A DNA stretch of 48,320 bases from the IMG/VR virus record IMGVR_UViG_3300020045_003154, positions 1 through 48,320 of that record; one strand, written 5' to 3'. A program made the translations under genes and the position numbers. Positions 46,290-48,320 of the stretch are shown piece by piece. The notes under the pieces are model-generated. The model worked only from the letters and a program-made list of their open reading frames with translations, was not told the origin of the DNA and ran no database searches. Every line of letters begins with the position of its first letter. Position 1 is the stretch's first letter. The stretch comes from a virus. Taxonomy: Duplodnaviria; Caudoviricetes.

Positions 46290-46334
46290 TTAAAGCCCTA
46301 GAGAACGTCTCCGTTAGGAAAGCTCTCTAGGGCT
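46290..46334 (-). terminator. Hairpin/terminator overlapping helicase promoter start
   Basis: AGCCCTAGAGA..CC-TAAC-GG..TCTCTAGGGCT-TT on minus strand. Confidence 0.6.
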
Positions 46335-46363
46335 ATTGTATTTCTATTCTTTGTTCTTGTCAA
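46335..46363 (-). promoter_or_regulatory. sigma70 promoter for helicase
   Basis: TTGACA-17nt-TACAAT. Confidence 0.85.
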
Positions 46364-46416
46364 GCTTTAGGCCATCTTTCTTCCAGCTTGTTATCTCCAC
46401 TACCAGCACCAATCAT
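46360..46416 (-). CDS. 18-aa minigene MIGAGSGDNKLEERWPKA
   Basis: AAAGGAG RBS 6 nt before ATG. Confidence 0.4.
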   Translation of the reverse strand: MIGAGSGDNKLEERWPKA

Positions 46417-46684
46417 TGTTTACTCCTTTACAGTTTAATTATTAGGTTACCCTAGTAGTAGTAAATACTAATCGGATGAGTTCAACAACAGGCCCCCTTA
46501 CCCCCACATCTAAATCTACAGGGGCATGAATGTTTGTAGAAATAAGCGTGAAGGTAAGGAAGCCCTGCTGTCAGCATCAATCGGATTGAGACGGACGAAC
46601 AGGATGGCCCAGAGATGTTCCCCATCTCCCCCTTAAAGCAGGCCAATCACCTAAACAAGCGTGCGTTATTTACTAGATAGGTAT

Positions 46685-46713
46685 ATTATCTCACGATAAT
46701 CGCCTAAAGTCAA
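46685..46713 (-). promoter_or_regulatory. sigma70 promoter for RNA-2
   Basis: TTGACT-17nt-GATAAT with TG extension. Confidence 0.75.
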
Positions 46714-46714
46714 G

Positions 46715-46733
46715 CTCTTTACAAATCTTTACA
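46715..46733 (-). promoter_or_regulatory. CpxR/OmpR-family-type direct repeat abutting -35
   Basis: TGTAAA-GATTT-GTAAAGAG. Confidence 0.5.
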
Positions 46734-46908
46734 CAACCTTCTCCAATAAATACTTAACAAAACTCCAAACCGATAAAGTAGCCAACACAGCCATCACGAA
46801 TACTATTATCCAGAGCAACACCACCCCTCCGTACACATAAAACAAGCCGGAAATGCCTCCGAACAACAACCCCGTAATAATCGTAGCAAGAATATTTGTT
46901 TTCATTTC

Positions 46909-47094
46909 TTAAGCCCTCCGCCAAGCAATAATATCCCAATTGTCCTCACAATCGACCTTAAGGTCCCAGTACCAGTCTCCTGCCACTTCCGTATCGTCAC
47001 TCTCCCCGCATCGGAAAGCCACATCTACCAAAGTATCCTCGCTAAGACACTCTGGCATTTTCCCATAATTTAATGTCCAGCGTTCTTTAGTCAT
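46909..47094 (-). CDS. Hypothetical phage protein
   Basis: VDVAFRCG..WYW..DIIAWR motif. Confidence 0.6.
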   Translation of the reverse strand: MTKERWTLNYGKMPECLSEDTLVDVAFRCGESDDTEVAGDWYWDLKVDCEDNWDIIAWRRA

Positions 47095-47276
47095 TTCTTC
47101 AGCCCCCCAACAATGTCGCCGGTGGTTCTCTTGAACATCTCATCGAAACACCAAAGGCTGTGCCGCATAACGTAAGCAATCAGTAACTCATTCTGCTCCT
47201 GCAAAGCCTCAATCCTCTGTTCCAGCTCAGAGATATTCTGGAATACAGAATCTTCTAGTGGTTTATTTTCACGCAT
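47091..47276 (-). CDS. Hypothetical coiled-coil protein
   Basis: AGGAGG RBS. Confidence 0.55.
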   Translation of the reverse strand: MRENKPLEDSVFQNISELEQRIEALQEQNELLIAYVMRHSLWCFDEMFKRTTGDIVGGLKK

Positions 47277-47403
47277 TGCTCCTCCTAACGATTTATAAGC
47301 GATTTAAGCCCTTCTAAGCCACCCAAGCTAGGGGTATAGCTGCCTACCAAAATAAACAGCTTCTAGCCCTGTCTAATAGGGCTTCCTGAGCCTTCCTATA
47401 GAG

Positions 47404-47610
47404 CTAGGAGAAGCTCTTCTGCACTAATCCCTGATTAAGCTCATTCAGCACCACTTGCAACTCCCCCATTCGCTTCAGATTATCGCTGTAGGAGAAGCTC
47501 TTCATAGGCTTATTGCGCTCTGCCTGCACAAGAGAGGAATACTTCACGTATTCCGCTTGTACATAGGCCAAGATGATTGTTTCTGCTTGGTAGATATTCT
47601 CTGGGGACAT
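47404..47610 (-). CDS. Hypothetical protein
   Basis: AAGGAG RBS. Confidence 0.55.
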   Translation of the reverse strand: MSPENIYQAETIILAYVQAEYVKYSSLVQAERNKPMKSFSYSDNLKRMGELQVVLNELNQGLVQKSFS

Positions 47611-47611
47611 T

Positions 47612-47758
47612 TCAATTCTCCTTCATGATTGTTGTATAGAATACTTCCGCCTCTGCTTGTTCAGGCACAGGGACGATTGTAAGATCCTTCCAAGGCATTT
47701 GCAATGTTAGCCACTGGCCTGAGAGGAAATGGATGATTAGTTCTAGTAGGTGGTTCAT
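47612..47758 (-). CDS. Hypothetical protein
   Basis: Coupled ORF, start MNHL. Confidence 0.45.
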   Translation of the reverse strand: MNHLLELIIHFLSGQWLTLQMPWKDLTIVPVPEQAEAEVFYTTIMKEN

Positions 47759-47759
47759 T

Positions 47760-47936
47760 TTAGGGTTTCTCCAGTTCATCAACACGATCACGCAATTTAT
47801 TAAGCTGCTCACACAAAAGTCGTGTCATATCCACATGGTTTGTATTCTGCAAATCCCTCAGCCCCTGCTCCTGATATATTAGATACTTCAGTCGCAATGC
47901 AATTATAAATAATAATCCTGATATTAGGTATATCAT
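47760..47936 (-). CDS. Small membrane-anchored coiled-coil protein
   Basis: AAGGAGG RBS; MIYLISGLLFIIAL. Confidence 0.55.
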   Translation of the reverse strand: MIYLISGLLFIIALRLKYLIYQEQGLRDLQNTNHVDMTRLLCEQLNKLRDRVDELEKP

Positions 47937-47937
47937 T

Positions 47938-48312
47938 TCATTCCTCCTTGATTGCTGCGAGGGCTTCTTGTGCCACGCGCTGATGCTCGATGATCGAGGC
48001 GTTTGTATATAGCTCAACCGGTTCACTAGTCGAATACCAAGTCAGCGCATCCGTCGCCAGCTTGAGCTTGCCTTCTAGCTGTTCAACTTTATCTTGTAGC
48101 GCGGCGTTAAATGCCATACGTCTATATTTCATTGGGATTTCCTTACCATTTGTGTAACCCTCCTGCCGGGCAGCTTCGAGTGCGGCTTCGTCATACAGAG
48201 GCCTGACTTGATAGGCGTTCTCATCTGTGTGATTAGGCAGGGCATACGTTGTCTCAGCCCAAGACACATTCTCGACACTGCGCCAGTATCCAGACTGGTG
48301 GTCATCACCCAT
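47938..48312 (-). CDS. Hypothetical protein, probably 5'-truncated by window edge
   Basis: ORF runs to window end. Confidence 0.55.
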   Translation of the reverse strand: MGDDHQSGYWRSVENVSWAETTYALPNHTDENAYQVRPLYDEAALEAARQEGYTNGKEIPMKYRRMAFNAALQDKVEQLEGKLKLATDALTWYSTSEPVELYTNASIIEHQRVAQEALAAIKEE

Positions 48313-48320
48313 GTAGCGGA

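Larger units (their letters stand above)
46290..46678 (-). ncRNA. Candidate structured RNA/leader (RNA-2)
   Basis: Promoter 46685-46713; 17-bp helix with four G.U pairs (46548-46564 with 46491-46507) only on minus strand. Confidence 0.55.

Noticed and set aside
1-48320. CRISPR array, tRNA genes, integrase/att, reverse transcriptase or DGR
   Set aside because: No regularly spaced repeats, cloverleaf/TpsiC signatures, recombinase or YxDD RT motifs noticed by eye; tRNAscan-SE and a repeat finder would be decisive

Overview
This window is a fragment of a lytic tailed dsDNA phage genome (siphovirus-type lambda-like tail tip). I saw no integrase, capsid, terminase, tRNA or CRISPR. Layout: (1) 30-7908 (+) tail tip K/I/J-like genes and two receptor-binding proteins. 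(2) 7953-24700 (-) replication and nucleotide module: DsbA/GapR-like protein, MazG-like pyrophosphatase, metallophosphoesterase, HNH nucleases, 5'-3' exonuclease, SSB, family B DNA polymerase, TOPRIM-DnaB primase-helicase, SleB-like hydrolase. (3) 25418-37759 (+) intein-containing DNA methyltransferase, HNH-AP2, class II ribonucleotide reductase, ThyX and many small ORFs. (4) about 37760-42800, an early-type cluster of small genes bracketed by non-coding DNA. (5) 42851-48312 (-) small ORFs and a UvrD-like helicase. The most interesting signals are non-coding. They include a consensus chromosomal parS site, three sigma54-type -24/-12 motifs, two CpxR-type GTAAA-N5-GTAAA boxes, a LacI-type palindrome and gyrase-site-like tracts, mostly around the early cluster. 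There are also two promoter/terminator-bounded minus-strand structured RNAs sharing a G-tract/G.U-helix/AT-rich architecture, which are candidate R-loop origins. All calls were made by eye from motifs; no database searches or folding programs were run.
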